This document shows positions 6,929 to 15,066 of a DNA stretch of 20,000 bases, piece by piece; the first letter of the stretch is position 1; each line of letters opens with the position of its first letter. The position numbers were made by a program, and so were the translations under genes. The notes beneath the pieces were generated by a model. The model saw only the letters and a list, made by a program, of their open reading frames with translations, was not told where the DNA came from and did not search any database. The stretch is from an uncultured virus (IMG/VR IMGVR_UViG_2851731845_000003) (taxonomy: Duplodnaviria > Heunggongvirae > Uroviricota > Caudoviricetes), in the IMG/VR virus record IMGVR_UViG_2851731845_000003; one strand, given 5' to 3'.

Positions 6929-9120
6929 GCCGCCACCCTCCAGATACACAGCTCTGGCATATTCGCCCTTACCAGTGCCTCGGCAAAGGGAGGCGGTACT
7001 GCATTACCACACCTTGCCACCTGCTCAGATTTAGGCCAGATTGTGCCGTCAATATCCCGGTCAATAATGTAATCTGGCGGGAACCCGCTGGCGTTGTACA
7101 GCTCGCGGGCAATCAACATGCGCATGCATATATCAACGATGATGTATTCGCCCACAGATAGATATTGTGGTCGTGGCGCGGGGAATAAATGCCAGTCGTC
7201 CGGTAAATCGCTGAAATGATCCACCAGTCGTGCGCAGTTCCATGCGTTGTAGCGCTGCTTGTCGGTCAGTGGTTCGGCATCAAGATTGCTTTCTACCAAG
7301 CCAAAACGTTCTTTGGTTGTCACAGCATGTATCGGCTCTGATAAATCCACCGCGCCGCCAGTGCCGTAATACTTGGTCAGAAATGCGTTTACCAGTCCGA
7401 CATGATTACCGCCCGCGGTTAAAGTCGGTACCGGTTCGGTGATGGGTTTACCATCGCGACATGTACCACGCAGTTGTACCAGGTGAGATGTACAAAGCGC
7501 ATGGTGATCAACCGTGGTGATGGTGTGTAATGGCTCGTTAATATCGATGCCTGCACCGGTATAATTGCCGCCATAATGTTTTACCAGATGAGCGGCCACC
7601 ATTCCCATTGCATGACCATTACCACCGGGGCGAATCGATGTACCGGCCGTGATAGTCGATAATGGCTCATCACATTGTTGGCCTATAGCGCCGGTCCTAA
7701 ATTTGGTTATATGCGGTGCCAGTATTGCACTGGCTAACTGGCTTTTACCGCCCCCACCCGCCGTAACGGTACCCAGTGGAGTATTGATATCATTTGCCGT
7801 GCTGTTGCCGAACTGACGCACAACCACCGGCGCAGCGATAGCAAAACCATGTGTTCTAGTGATTGTTTGTAACGGGTCACGCAATGATTGCCCACGGAAA
7901 CAATCATATTTGGTTTTAGTGCTGGTGTGGTTGCACTTCACTGCATACGGCTCCAGCAACAAATGCTCAGCCTTGCTGGTGATAGTGGTTAGCGGCTGAT
8001 CTAGCGGATACTGCAGACGGTCGCCACCGAAACCGGTTTGGCCCAACCTCACAATAAATGGATCAGGGTTATCGATAACAAAGCGTTGCAGCCCTTTGAC
8101 GATGCGCCGCAAGGTATTATCAGCCAAATCCTTTTTGCGACCGAAAATAGAGCGTGTTGGCTGGCTCCAGTCGATACACTCGGCCGCCGTGCGCCAAGGT
8201 TGCAACATGCCAGAAAGCACATCTGCAGAGTTTGGTGCGCCGTGGCTTGGCTCTGGCCATACAACCGACTCGCCGTCACAACGCCCAACCACAAACAACC
8301 GCTTTCTGATAGTGGGTGTACCGTAATCACAGGCTTTTAGCTCCCGGTGATCCACGTTATACCCCAACCCCGAAACCAGTTTCACCGCCTCAGGACTATT
8401 GATATCTATCTTCAAGAATTCACATACTTCTGCTAGTGCCGGGTGATTGCCATCAATACCGGTACCTAGCATGCCAATAAACGCCTTGAACGTTTCACCT
8501 TTACGGGCTGGATCAGGTCGGTGATTACCCTCACTATCCGTTAACAATGGCCCCCAGCCGCGAAACTCTTCGACATTTTCCAGCATCAGAAAACGTGGGC
8601 GAACTGCCAGCGCCCAGCGTAATACCACCCAGGCTAAACCACGAATTTCTTTCTTAACTGGCGTGCCACCCTTAGCTTTGGAGAAATGGCGGCAATCAGG
8701 ACTGAACCAGCCAAGCAATACCGGCAGACCGCCGGTAGATATCAGCGGGTCGACACTGAAAATATCCTCAGGATAATGCAACGTTCGCGGGTGATTAATG
8801 GCATGCATCGCCATGGCTACCGGATTATGGTTCATCGCGATGTGTGGTTCATAGCCTAATGCTTGCTTGATTCCCTCGCAGCTCCCACCGCCACCAGCGA
8901 ACCCAACGACAACCAGACCATCCTGCAAATCAGGTCGTGCAACTGTAATTTCTTTGCGCCGCGCCCATGCATGAGCCGCCTTTTGAATGTTGCGCGGATC
9001 TTCCCGCGTCAAAAACATTTCGTTCATCTTGGCCAGTAGCTGCTGTTGCTCTGACTCACTCATTGGGTGAACAGGAATGACTGACGAGGCGCATTGCTGA
9101 ACTTCAGTAGGCCAGATCAT
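6925..9120 (-). CDS. DNA cytosine-5 methyltransferase with an expanded variable region
   Basis: FAGGGG (I), SPDC (IV), ENV (VI), RKRLF (VIII) and GNAV (X) motifs. Confidence 0.93.
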   Translation of the reverse strand: MIWPTEVQQCASSVIPVHPMSESEQQQLLAKMNEMFLTREDPRNIQKAAHAWARRKEITVARPDLQDGLVVVGFAGGGGSCEGIKQALGYEPHIAMNHNPVAMAMHAINHPRTLHYPEDIFSVDPLISTGGLPVLLGWFSPDCRHFSKAKGGTPVKKEIRGLAWVVLRWALAVRPRFLMLENVEEFRGWGPLLTDSEGNHRPDPARKGETFKAFIGMLGTGIDGNHPALAEVCEFLKIDINSPEAVKLVSGLGYNVDHRELKACDYGTPTIRKRLFVVGRCDGESVVWPEPSHGAPNSADVLSGMLQPWRTAAECIDWSQPTRSIFGRKKDLADNTLRRIVKGLQRFVIDNPDPFIVRLGQTGFGGDRLQYPLDQPLTTITSKAEHLLLEPYAVKCNHTSTKTKYDCFRGQSLRDPLQTITRTHGFAIAAPVVVRQFGNSTANDINTPLGTVTAGGGGKSQLASAILAPHITKFRTGAIGQQCDEPLSTITAGTSIRPGGNGHAMGMVAAHLVKHYGGNYTGAGIDINEPLHTITTVDHHALCTSHLVQLRGTCRDGKPITEPVPTLTAGGNHVGLVNAFLTKYYGTGGAVDLSEPIHAVTTKERFGLVESNLDAEPLTDKQRYNAWNCARLVDHFSDLPDDWHLFPAPRPQYLSVGEYIIVDICMRMLIARELYNASGFPPDYIIDRDIDGTIWPKSEQVARCGNAVPPPFAEALVRANMPELCIWRVAA

Positions 9121-9623
9121 TGCGCCCCCTCACGTAGTCTTGCTGCGAAATCAAGAATATTGGAAATCTCGCCTGTATCTGCCATTACACCAACGTCAAA
9201 AGCTTGTACGTGACGGTGCTGCGCAAATTTTTCAACACCCCCCGCCTCCACATCATTAAGAGCCAGAATGGTTGCAGGGACACTAATTACTTCGTATAGC
9301 GCCTCAAATGCATCTTCTTCATAGTCGCCACATGAAGAGATGCCATCTACCGTATTCAGATGCCCCCTGTTGTAACCGGCGTTATATACATGGACGCAGG
9401 CTTGTTGGAGTGCTGCGTTCTCGGCAACAATCACATTATATTTCCCCTGCCACTCCAAACACTCCCGCTCGTAGTGCTTTGCTGTGCGCCGGTTCTTATT
9501 AGCTGATGCCACCAACTCCGCTATACGGTCAGCGATGCCGTTTAACACCTCACTTTCACGTGGTTCCACTCTTTCCGCTGCTGAACGAATTGCAGCAATC
9601 ATGCCATCGGTTGATATATTCAT
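9117..9623 (-). CDS. Hypothetical coiled-coil protein (Ead/Ea22-like)
   Basis: AENAALQ coiled-coil and FAARLREG C-terminal patterns. Confidence 0.65.
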   Translation of the reverse strand: MNISTDGMIAAIRSAAERVEPRESEVLNGIADRIAELVASANKNRRTAKHYERECLEWQGKYNVIVAENAALQQACVHVYNAGYNRGHLNTVDGISSCGDYEEDAFEALYEVISVPATILALNDVEAGGVEKFAQHRHVQAFDVGVMADTGEISNILDFAARLREGAQ

Positions 9624-9871
9624 TTGGTCTCGCCTCTGTGGTCTCTGCGGTCACGCCAGTAATTTAAGCGCTCTTTAAAAAACTCTCGGTAATGCACCGG
9701 TACCCGTTCAATCGCTTCAAGTACATGAGCGCGGTTGGTCCTGCGCTCGTACAGGTTTTTGATTAAGCCGCTGGCTCTCAAATCAAGATTTAGCTTTTCT
9801 TGGTATTCCTGAGGCCAGAGGCAAATGTTGTACGGGAGTCCGGGCGGGAGATAATCCGATTGCCCGGTCAT
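9620..9871 (-). CDS. Hypothetical protein
   Basis: 83-aa ORF with GGGGAG SD; stop overlaps the next start. Confidence 0.7.
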   Translation of the reverse strand: MTGQSDYLPPGLPYNICLWPQEYQEKLNLDLRASGLIKNLYERRTNRAHVLEAIERVPVHYREFFKERLNYWRDRRDHRGETK

Positions 9872-9875
9872 GGTA

Positions 9876-10256
9876 TTAACTCCCCATGCCTACCGTGCTC
9901 ATCAGTTGATTTATCCGAGATACTCGCAAGCAGTACGCCAGCTCCTTGTCATCAAATGGCATTCTGGCGGGCTTGGTTCGGGGTTCGCTTTTGTTGCGTT
10001 TTACTTGCGTGTCAGAGAATCGGAAAAAATCCTCTGAGATACTGTTGAGGGTGTATTGAGTCTTTCGACCATTGCGGCGGGTAATGTCTGCGTGGGGTGA
10101 TCGAACCATACCCTGTACTCGGTAGCGCAAAACGCTAATCGGCATTTCAGCATTAGGAAATTTTAAAGTAATAGCCTCGATAATCTGGCTGTAGTTCATG
10201 CTTTGGCCCAGCATAACCGCTGCCAATTCACGGGTAGTTAGTTCACGTTTTTTCAT
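9876..10256 (-). CDS. Hypothetical protein, possibly winged-helix
   Basis: 126-aa ORF after dnaB, preceded by AGAGGCAAGACC. Confidence 0.75.
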   Translation of the reverse strand: MKKRELTTRELAAVMLGQSMNYSQIIEAITLKFPNAEMPISVLRYRVQGMVRSPHADITRRNGRKTQYTLNSISEDFFRFSDTQVKRNKSEPRTKPARMPFDDKELAYCLRVSRINQLMSTVGMGS

Positions 10257-10300
10257 GGTCTTGCCTCTTTTTTGGTTACTTAAACGCTGGTCAGGCGCGG

Positions 10301-11674
10301 TTAAAATTTTGGTGTTGAATAGTGTTTTTCTTTGGCCGGTGGCCTTGATGCCTCTTTTGCCATTCGGCTGGCTTCTTTTGCCACCAGTTGATCCACCGGT
10401 AGAAAGTGGCCGTTTTTAAATTCCTGATAAACGGTACCAGGCTCGCCAAATCGGTTTTTGGTTACTATGGCCTCAGCAAATCTTGCTGCCGGACTATCTG
10501 CGTTATAAACCGCTTCTCGATACAGCATGATGATGCTGTCGGCGTCCTGCTCGATTGAACCTGAGTCCCTGAGGTCGGAACTGATTGGCCTGCGGCTACC
10601 TGGTGGCCGTTCATCCACTTTTCGCGACAACTGGCTTAGTGCAAAAATCGGGGTGTTTATCCGACCGGCCAGCGTTTTTAATCCGCGTGAAATTATTCCG
10701 ATCGACAGGTCATTACGCTCCGCCTTTGGTTTCGTAATCAGGCCAAGGTAATCAACCATCACCATTCTCAGTTTCGGGTACCGGCGCTTGTGCGTTTCTG
10801 CGATAGCCCGTATCTGATCGATGGTTAGCTCACTGGCATCAACGATCCAAATATCACGACCATTCAATGCCTGTAGCGCGGAGTTAATACGCGCCCAGTC
10901 CTCATCACATAACGTTTTAGGGTCGCGTAATTTAGACACTGGCAAGTTACCAGCACCGGCAACGGAACGCTCAACCATCTGTAGGGAGGCCATTTCCATA
11001 CTGAATATCAGCGCACCACCGCCGTTCTGTGTAGCACCCTCAACAATCTTTAATGCAAACTCAGTCTTACCCATCCCCGGACGCCCAGCGATGACAACCA
11101 AGTCCTGAGGGTTAAAACCGCCCGTTATTGCATCCAGCTCGACAATGCCGCTTTGCAGGTTCATCGACTCAATCTCACCATTCATGCGCTTATCGAGCAT
11201 ATCCATGTAGTTGGGTAACAAATCGTTCAGATGTACGGGGATGATGCCGCCGCTGTCTGCCGTCATATCGATCAGTTGTGTTACCGCACCCTGTATTACC
11301 TGATCGCGCTGTTCCTGATTGTTAGCCCCTCGGATGCCGTCAGCAGCGGTCTGGAATAATGCGGTCATGGTTCGGCTATACCAGGTCTTACGGGCATGTG
11401 CGGCATATCCTTTCAGATTCGCTACGTTTCCCGGCATACGGACGATTTCAGACAGAGTGGCCAGACTACTGCCGCCCAATGCCTCACTGACAAACAGGAC
11501 ATCGATCAACCCTTTAGTCAGTGCCTGCTTTTTAATTTCCGCATACGCAGAACGGTATATTCTTATGCTGAATGCTTCCTCTGGCAGTGTGGCAATCACC
11601 TCCAGTGCATCGGGGGTAGAACCGCCATAAAGCAGACCAGATAAAATTGCTGCTTCCAATTCTTGAGGCTTCAT
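10301..11674 (-). CDS. dnaB: Replicative DNA helicase, DnaB family
   Basis: GRPGMGKT Walker A, FSMEM, VDYLGL, LSQLSR, DLRDSGSIEQDAD, KNRFG. Confidence 0.97.
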   Translation of the reverse strand: MKPQELEAAILSGLLYGGSTPDALEVIATLPEEAFSIRIYRSAYAEIKKQALTKGLIDVLFVSEALGGSSLATLSEIVRMPGNVANLKGYAAHARKTWYSRTMTALFQTAADGIRGANNQEQRDQVIQGAVTQLIDMTADSGGIIPVHLNDLLPNYMDMLDKRMNGEIESMNLQSGIVELDAITGGFNPQDLVVIAGRPGMGKTEFALKIVEGATQNGGGALIFSMEMASLQMVERSVAGAGNLPVSKLRDPKTLCDEDWARINSALQALNGRDIWIVDASELTIDQIRAIAETHKRRYPKLRMVMVDYLGLITKPKAERNDLSIGIISRGLKTLAGRINTPIFALSQLSRKVDERPPGSRRPISSDLRDSGSIEQDADSIIMLYREAVYNADSPAARFAEAIVTKNRFGEPGTVYQEFKNGHFLPVDQLVAKEASRMAKEASRPPAKEKHYSTPKF

Positions 11675-12717
11675 AGCGCACCATCACGGGTTTTTCTTAA
11701 GACTTCCGGTTTCATCAGATAATCAAAGTTTGCCCGCCAGCCTGCCCCATCATCACCACCGAAATAAAACACGGTTGCCTGTCCGCGAAAGGCTTCGAAG
11801 TAGCTCTGGAACGCTTCAAGGTCTTTGGTTTTGAGGTATTGGAGTAATTCGCGGATGGCGTGTTTACGGTCCTGATCGATTTCAGCCGGTGGCAAAACAT
11901 CGCTGAATACAAGGTTATACGCAGTAATGACCTCATCGCAATCAATCCGCCCAGCAGACTCAGACCATGCACGGGCATCAGCCAGATAACCATCGAACCG
12001 GTTTACACGGCAGATATTCGCAGGTTTGGCATACTTGCCGTTGCGGGGTTTCCAGGTATTTACTACCCAGAGGGCCACTAATTTCAAATCAGCCAGCGCG
12101 TAGGCTTTGCGTGATTTCGTTGCCGTCAGCAAGGTTTCGAATGGGCTAGAATCTTCACACCGGGTATGGGTGAGTTCGTTGTAATACGCCAAAGCCCTTT
12201 CAGCGTCAGCGAGAGTATTTTCGGTTTCCCCTTGAGGGGTAAGGGGTGTTTTATTCTTTGTAGTATTCTTTGTAGTATTCTCTTGTAACATTTGGTCATT
12301 CTGACTAGATGTGATCTTGTCATTCTGACCTGCTCCCAATTGGTCATTTTGACCAGATGCATTTGTAGAATTAAGCAACTCCAATTGGTCATAATTTATC
12401 GAATACCACTTAGTGCGGTTATAGGGATCACTGAGCAACACTTTATGTAACTGACCAACTGAAATTAGTTTCATTTCCAGCAGGTTTGCCAACGTGCGTT
12501 TAATCGTACTATCAGACCAAAAGCCTAATTCATCGGCCCATTCAGCCGCCGATTTATAAAACCACTTCCGGCCTTCATGACGGTGATCCGACCGACATAG
12601 CCAATAATGAATTTGCTGAACGAGTATGGCTTCATTGAGGCCAATCTCTTTTGCAAGCGAGGGTAGTACTTGCAGCGGAGGTTCATTAATTAACAGCTTG
12701 GCGCTATTCATCTTCAA
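11671..12717 (-). CDS. Phage replication initiator (O-like)
   Basis: N-terminal wHTH (LLINEPPL..GLNEAIL.QQIHYW), internal iterons, C-terminal WRANFDYLMKP; upstream of DnaB. Confidence 0.88.
   Translation of the reverse strand: MKMNSAKLLINEPPLQVLPSLAKEIGLNEAILVQQIHYWLCRSDHRHEGRKWFYKSAAEWADELGFWSDSTIKRTLANLLEMKLISVGQLHKVLLSDPYNRTKWYSINYDQLELLNSTNASGQNDQLGAGQNDKITSSQNDQMLQENTTKNTTKNKTPLTPQGETENTLADAERALAYYNELTHTRCEDSSPFETLLTATKSRKAYALADLKLVALWVVNTWKPRNGKYAKPANICRVNRFDGYLADARAWSESAGRIDCDEVITAYNLVFSDVLPPAEIDQDRKHAIRELLQYLKTKDLEAFQSYFEAFRGQATVFYFGGDDGAGWRANFDYLMKPEVLRKTRDGAL
12252..12391. repeat. Replication origin: iterons plus AT-rich 12-mers
   Basis: GTCATT(C/T)TGAC at 12295, 12319 and 12343 (24-bp period), half copy at 12388; TATTCTTTGTAG x2 plus one variant at 12252-12287. 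Confidence 0.85.
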
Positions 12718-12938
12718 ACCCCCAGCGCTTCCGCTATTTGCCGACAGGCAGACTGATAATCGTCAGCTGATAGGTTCATCAGGCGCAGGTCTGCTTTCTT
12801 CTGCTCGTACTGTTCCCACACGCTATATGCGGCAACCTGACGCCCTGCAAAAATTGGCTCTATGTCAGCTATGCTTGCCGGTTGCCCGTTCAGCCGGAAC
12901 CCGTTGCAGTAGGTAATTTTATCGATAGATGTAAGCAT
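12714..12938 (-). CDS. Hypothetical protein
   Basis: 74-aa ORF preceded by AGAGGCAAGACCA; stop overlaps the initiator start. Confidence 0.75.
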   Translation of the reverse strand: MLTSIDKITYCNGFRLNGQPASIADIEPIFAGRQVAAYSVWEQYEQKKADLRLMNLSADDYQSACRQIAEALGV

Positions 12939-12954
12939 TGGTCTTGCCTCTGTT

Positions 12955-13419
12955 TTATACGGTGGTCAGCCGGTGGTGTTGTGGTCTGATTGCGTGAAGT
13001 GCCGCAACAGCGCCCGATATTCTTTGTGACATGTCACAGCCATCTAATAGAACAGCGCTAATTGCTGCGGCAAACTCTCTGCTGGCAATCGAAACCAAAT
13101 AATTAACGGTCTCGCCATTTACTCTGGCCCGCCGTTCTGCTGGGAGCGCCGCTTTAAGTACCGGTGATAATTCCAAGACCTTTCGCATTGATGCTTTTGA
13201 ATCCCCGCGCAACCAACGGAATAACTGCTGCCGGTTGTTGTTGATAGACTTCCAATCAGCGTTGCCCTCCTCGTCTTCAATGGGAGTGAGGCGTACTGAA
13301 TCCGTACTGATATTAAGCAAGAAAAACATTCTGCTGATCTCGATAGCTACATGCTCCTGCCCCCGTTCTGCTGCCCACGCCTGTACTTCAGCTTTAAGGG
13401 CGTTAACTTGTTGTTCCAC
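12955..13419 (-). CDS. CII-equivalent, YdaT family
   Basis: GTG start, AGGAG SD, follows cro; WAAERGQEHVAIEI..NRQQLFRWL pattern; TTGATT-N6-AATCA sites nearby. Confidence 0.8.
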   Translation of the reverse strand: MEQQVNALKAEVQAWAAERGQEHVAIEISRMFFLLNISTDSVRLTPIEDEEGNADWKSINNNRQQLFRWLRGDSKASMRKVLELSPVLKAALPAERRARVNGETVNYLVSIASREFAAAISAVLLDGCDMSQRISGAVAALHAIRPQHHRLTTV

Positions 13420-13442
13420 GTTGCGTCTCCTGTCGCAGGAAA

Positions 13443-13486
13443 TTGATTATTGATAATCAGATTTTAAAAGTGGGTTTGGTTAAGCT
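13443..13486 (+). promoter_or_regulatory. pRE-like CII/YdaT-activated promoter
   Basis: TTGATT-ATTGAT-AATCA, 21 nt, then TAAGCT, pointing toward cI. Confidence 0.7.
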
Positions 13487-13665
13487 GCGCTCTGATACAT
13501 CGATGGGTCATATTTCAATTCGCCATGAGTAATGCGTTCAATCTTCATTGCTTGTTTCTCAGGGATAATTTCCCCCCAGCGACAAACTGCCGGGTGTTTT
13601 ATTCCTAAGGCCATCGCGGTATTTACTACACCGCCAAAAAACTTGACTACCTCTTTCTTGTTCAT
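13480..13665 (-). CDS. cro: Cro-like repressor
   Basis: 61 aa from ATG 13665, GAGGAG SD, HTH (FGGVVNTAMALGIKHPAVCRW), divergent from cI. Confidence 0.9.
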   Translation of the reverse strand: MNKKEVVKFFGGVVNTAMALGIKHPAVCRWGEIIPEKQAMKIERITHGELKYDPSMYQSAA

Positions 13666-13691
13666 AGGGACTCCTCTTTGATCATAAAGCG

Positions 13692-13758
13692 AAGGTAACA
13701 AAAGGTACATAACAATGCAAACACTTTTCACCACACTATCGCGTAACATTGGTTACAT
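13692..13758. promoter_or_regulatory. OR region: pR and operators
   Basis: pR on minus strand TTGCAT(13720-15)-17-TACCTT(13697-92); operators AGGTAACAAAAGGTACAT 13693-13710 and GCGTAACATTGGTTACAT 13741-13758. Confidence 0.8.
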
Positions 13759-14419
13759 GAAAACTGAAATGAATGACCGCATCCGTATTCGCAGACTGCA
13801 ACTGGATCTCACTCAAGTCCAATTAGCCAAGGCTATTGGAGTGAGTCGAGTATCAGTTACGAAATGGGAGTCAGGGATAACCAAACCAGATGGAGAGAAT
13901 CTTCACCGACTGGCGCAAGTACTTTCATGTACGCCAGAATGGTTACTCTATGGTACCGGGGATTTACGCCAGGTTGATGATACAAAAATCAAGCCTCTCA
14001 CCGCCGTGCCTAATGCCATACCTGTTATTTCATCAGTTCAAGCAGGCACTTGGACTGATACATATTCAGCGGCCCGAATTTCTGATGTTCTTAGATGGTG
14101 TACTACCACAGTGAAGGTTTCTGAAAACGCTTTTGCCTTAGATGTTCGTGGTGAGTCGATGACAAACCCCAATGGGTCACCTTCTATACCTGAAGGTTCT
14201 ACAGTCATCGTCGAGCCTAACTATGGTTCTATTGAAGATTTATACGGCAAGATAGTGGTGGCCATTATTGATGGTAGTTCCGAGGCCACAATTAAAAAGC
14301 TAGTCGTCGATGGACCTAATAAATATCTCATGCCATTAAACCCTAACTTTAGACCGATCGAAATCAACGGCAATTGCCGTATTCTCGGTAGAGTAGTACA
14401 GGTCACCCAAGACCTGTAA
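13757..14419 (+). CDS. cI: CI repressor (HTH + S24 peptidase)
   Basis: HTH LTQVQLAKAIGVSRVSVTKWE; A-G cleavage site VQAG; catalytic GESM and TIKKL; likely start ATG 13757. Confidence 0.95.
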   Translation: MKTEMNDRIRIRRLQLDLTQVQLAKAIGVSRVSVTKWESGITKPDGENLHRLAQVLSCTPEWLLYGTGDLRQVDDTKIKPLTAVPNAIPVISSVQAGTWTDTYSAARISDVLRWCTTTVKVSENAFALDVRGESMTNPNGSPSIPEGSTVIVEPNYGSIEDLYGKIVVAIIDGSSEATIKKLVVDGPNKYLMPLNPNFRPIEINGNCRILGRVVQVTQDL

Positions 14420-14424
14420 TCAAT

Positions 14425-14449
14425 AGCCCATCACCTCGGTGGGTTTTCT
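14425..14449 (+). terminator. Terminator after cI
   Basis: GCCCATC-ACCTC-GGTGGGT then TTTCTT. Confidence 0.65.
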
Positions 14450-14460
14450 TACGCCCTTAA

Positions 14461-14514
14461 ATGTAACTTATGGAACATCTATCTATTGACATGGTAGGTA
14501 ACTATAGGTACATT
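14461..14514 (+). promoter_or_regulatory. pL promoter with two OL operators
   Basis: TTGACA(14486-91)-17-TACATT(14509-14); operators ATGTAACTTATGGAACAT 14461-78 and AGGTAACTATAGGTACAT 14496-14513. Confidence 0.88.
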
Positions 14515-14600
14515 CACGATATCAACACGGCACAGCAGCCGATAAGCAGTTTAGGTTTAGTACGTTCTGGCAGCCGGGAAGACGGCAAAAGAGGAAGGTT

Positions 14601-14753
14601 ATGAAAGCAACTAAAAAGAAAACGAGTAAATTCCAGATCCAATATCGCTACTGTGGAATGTGGGCTAACGGAAATACTTACTCAACGCGCAAAGAAGCTG
14701 ATGATTACGCACGTAATACTGGCCGTGATTATCAAGTAGTCAAAGTACGGTAA
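14601..14753 (+). CDS. Small basic hypothetical protein (50 aa), first pL gene
   Basis: Below the ORF-track cutoff; SD GAGGAAGG; MKATKKKTSKFQIQYRYCGMWANGNTYSTRKEADDYARNTGRDYQVVKVR. Confidence 0.7.
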   Translation: MKATKKKTSKFQIQYRYCGMWANGNTYSTRKEADDYARNTGRDYQVVKVR

Positions 14754-14924
14754 CAACAGAATTTGGGTTGTTGCATTGGAGGAGAACCCCGCGCCAAGGC
14801 TCGGCATGATTACCACAGTGCAGCAGCCCAAACCAATAACGTAGCCACGACGGGAAAGTGTGGTGAGGCAAGACCAAAGATCTGACCCGCTGGCCCGGCG
14901 TAATGGGCACCAAATTACAGACGT

Positions 14925-15042
14925 AAAAAAACCCACCTAAGTGGGCTTCTTTACCCCGGGTCACCGACCAAAGTTAACCGGGAAGCTAACGGGGACCAAC
15001 CCGTTAACAGAGGCAAGACCAACGGCTTACGCCATCAATCTT
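14925..15042 (-). ncRNA. Putative ~118-nt sRNA with UUGGUC loops, complementary to the repeated RBS motif
   Basis: Extended -10 TGATATACT (15057-49); 5' stem with GUAA tetraloop; two UUGGUC-loop hairpins; terminator GCCCAC-TTAG-GTGGG plus U7. Confidence 0.65.
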
Positions 15043-15066
15043 AAAAACAGTATATCAGGAGTTGCT

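Noticed and set aside
12292..12391. GACCAA copies on the minus strand inside the initiator gene
   Set aside because: They are part of the 24-bp-period ori iterons, have no GAGGCAA and are not at a start codon
14865..15022. CRISPR-like array of GACCAA repeats
   Set aside because: Repeats are too short and irregularly spaced, and there are no cas genes
14682..15066. ORFs 14682-14936(-), 14740-14964(-) and the 5' extension of 14941-15402(+)
   Set aside because: No convincing SD; they overlap structured RNA elements; ATG 15067 has the good SD
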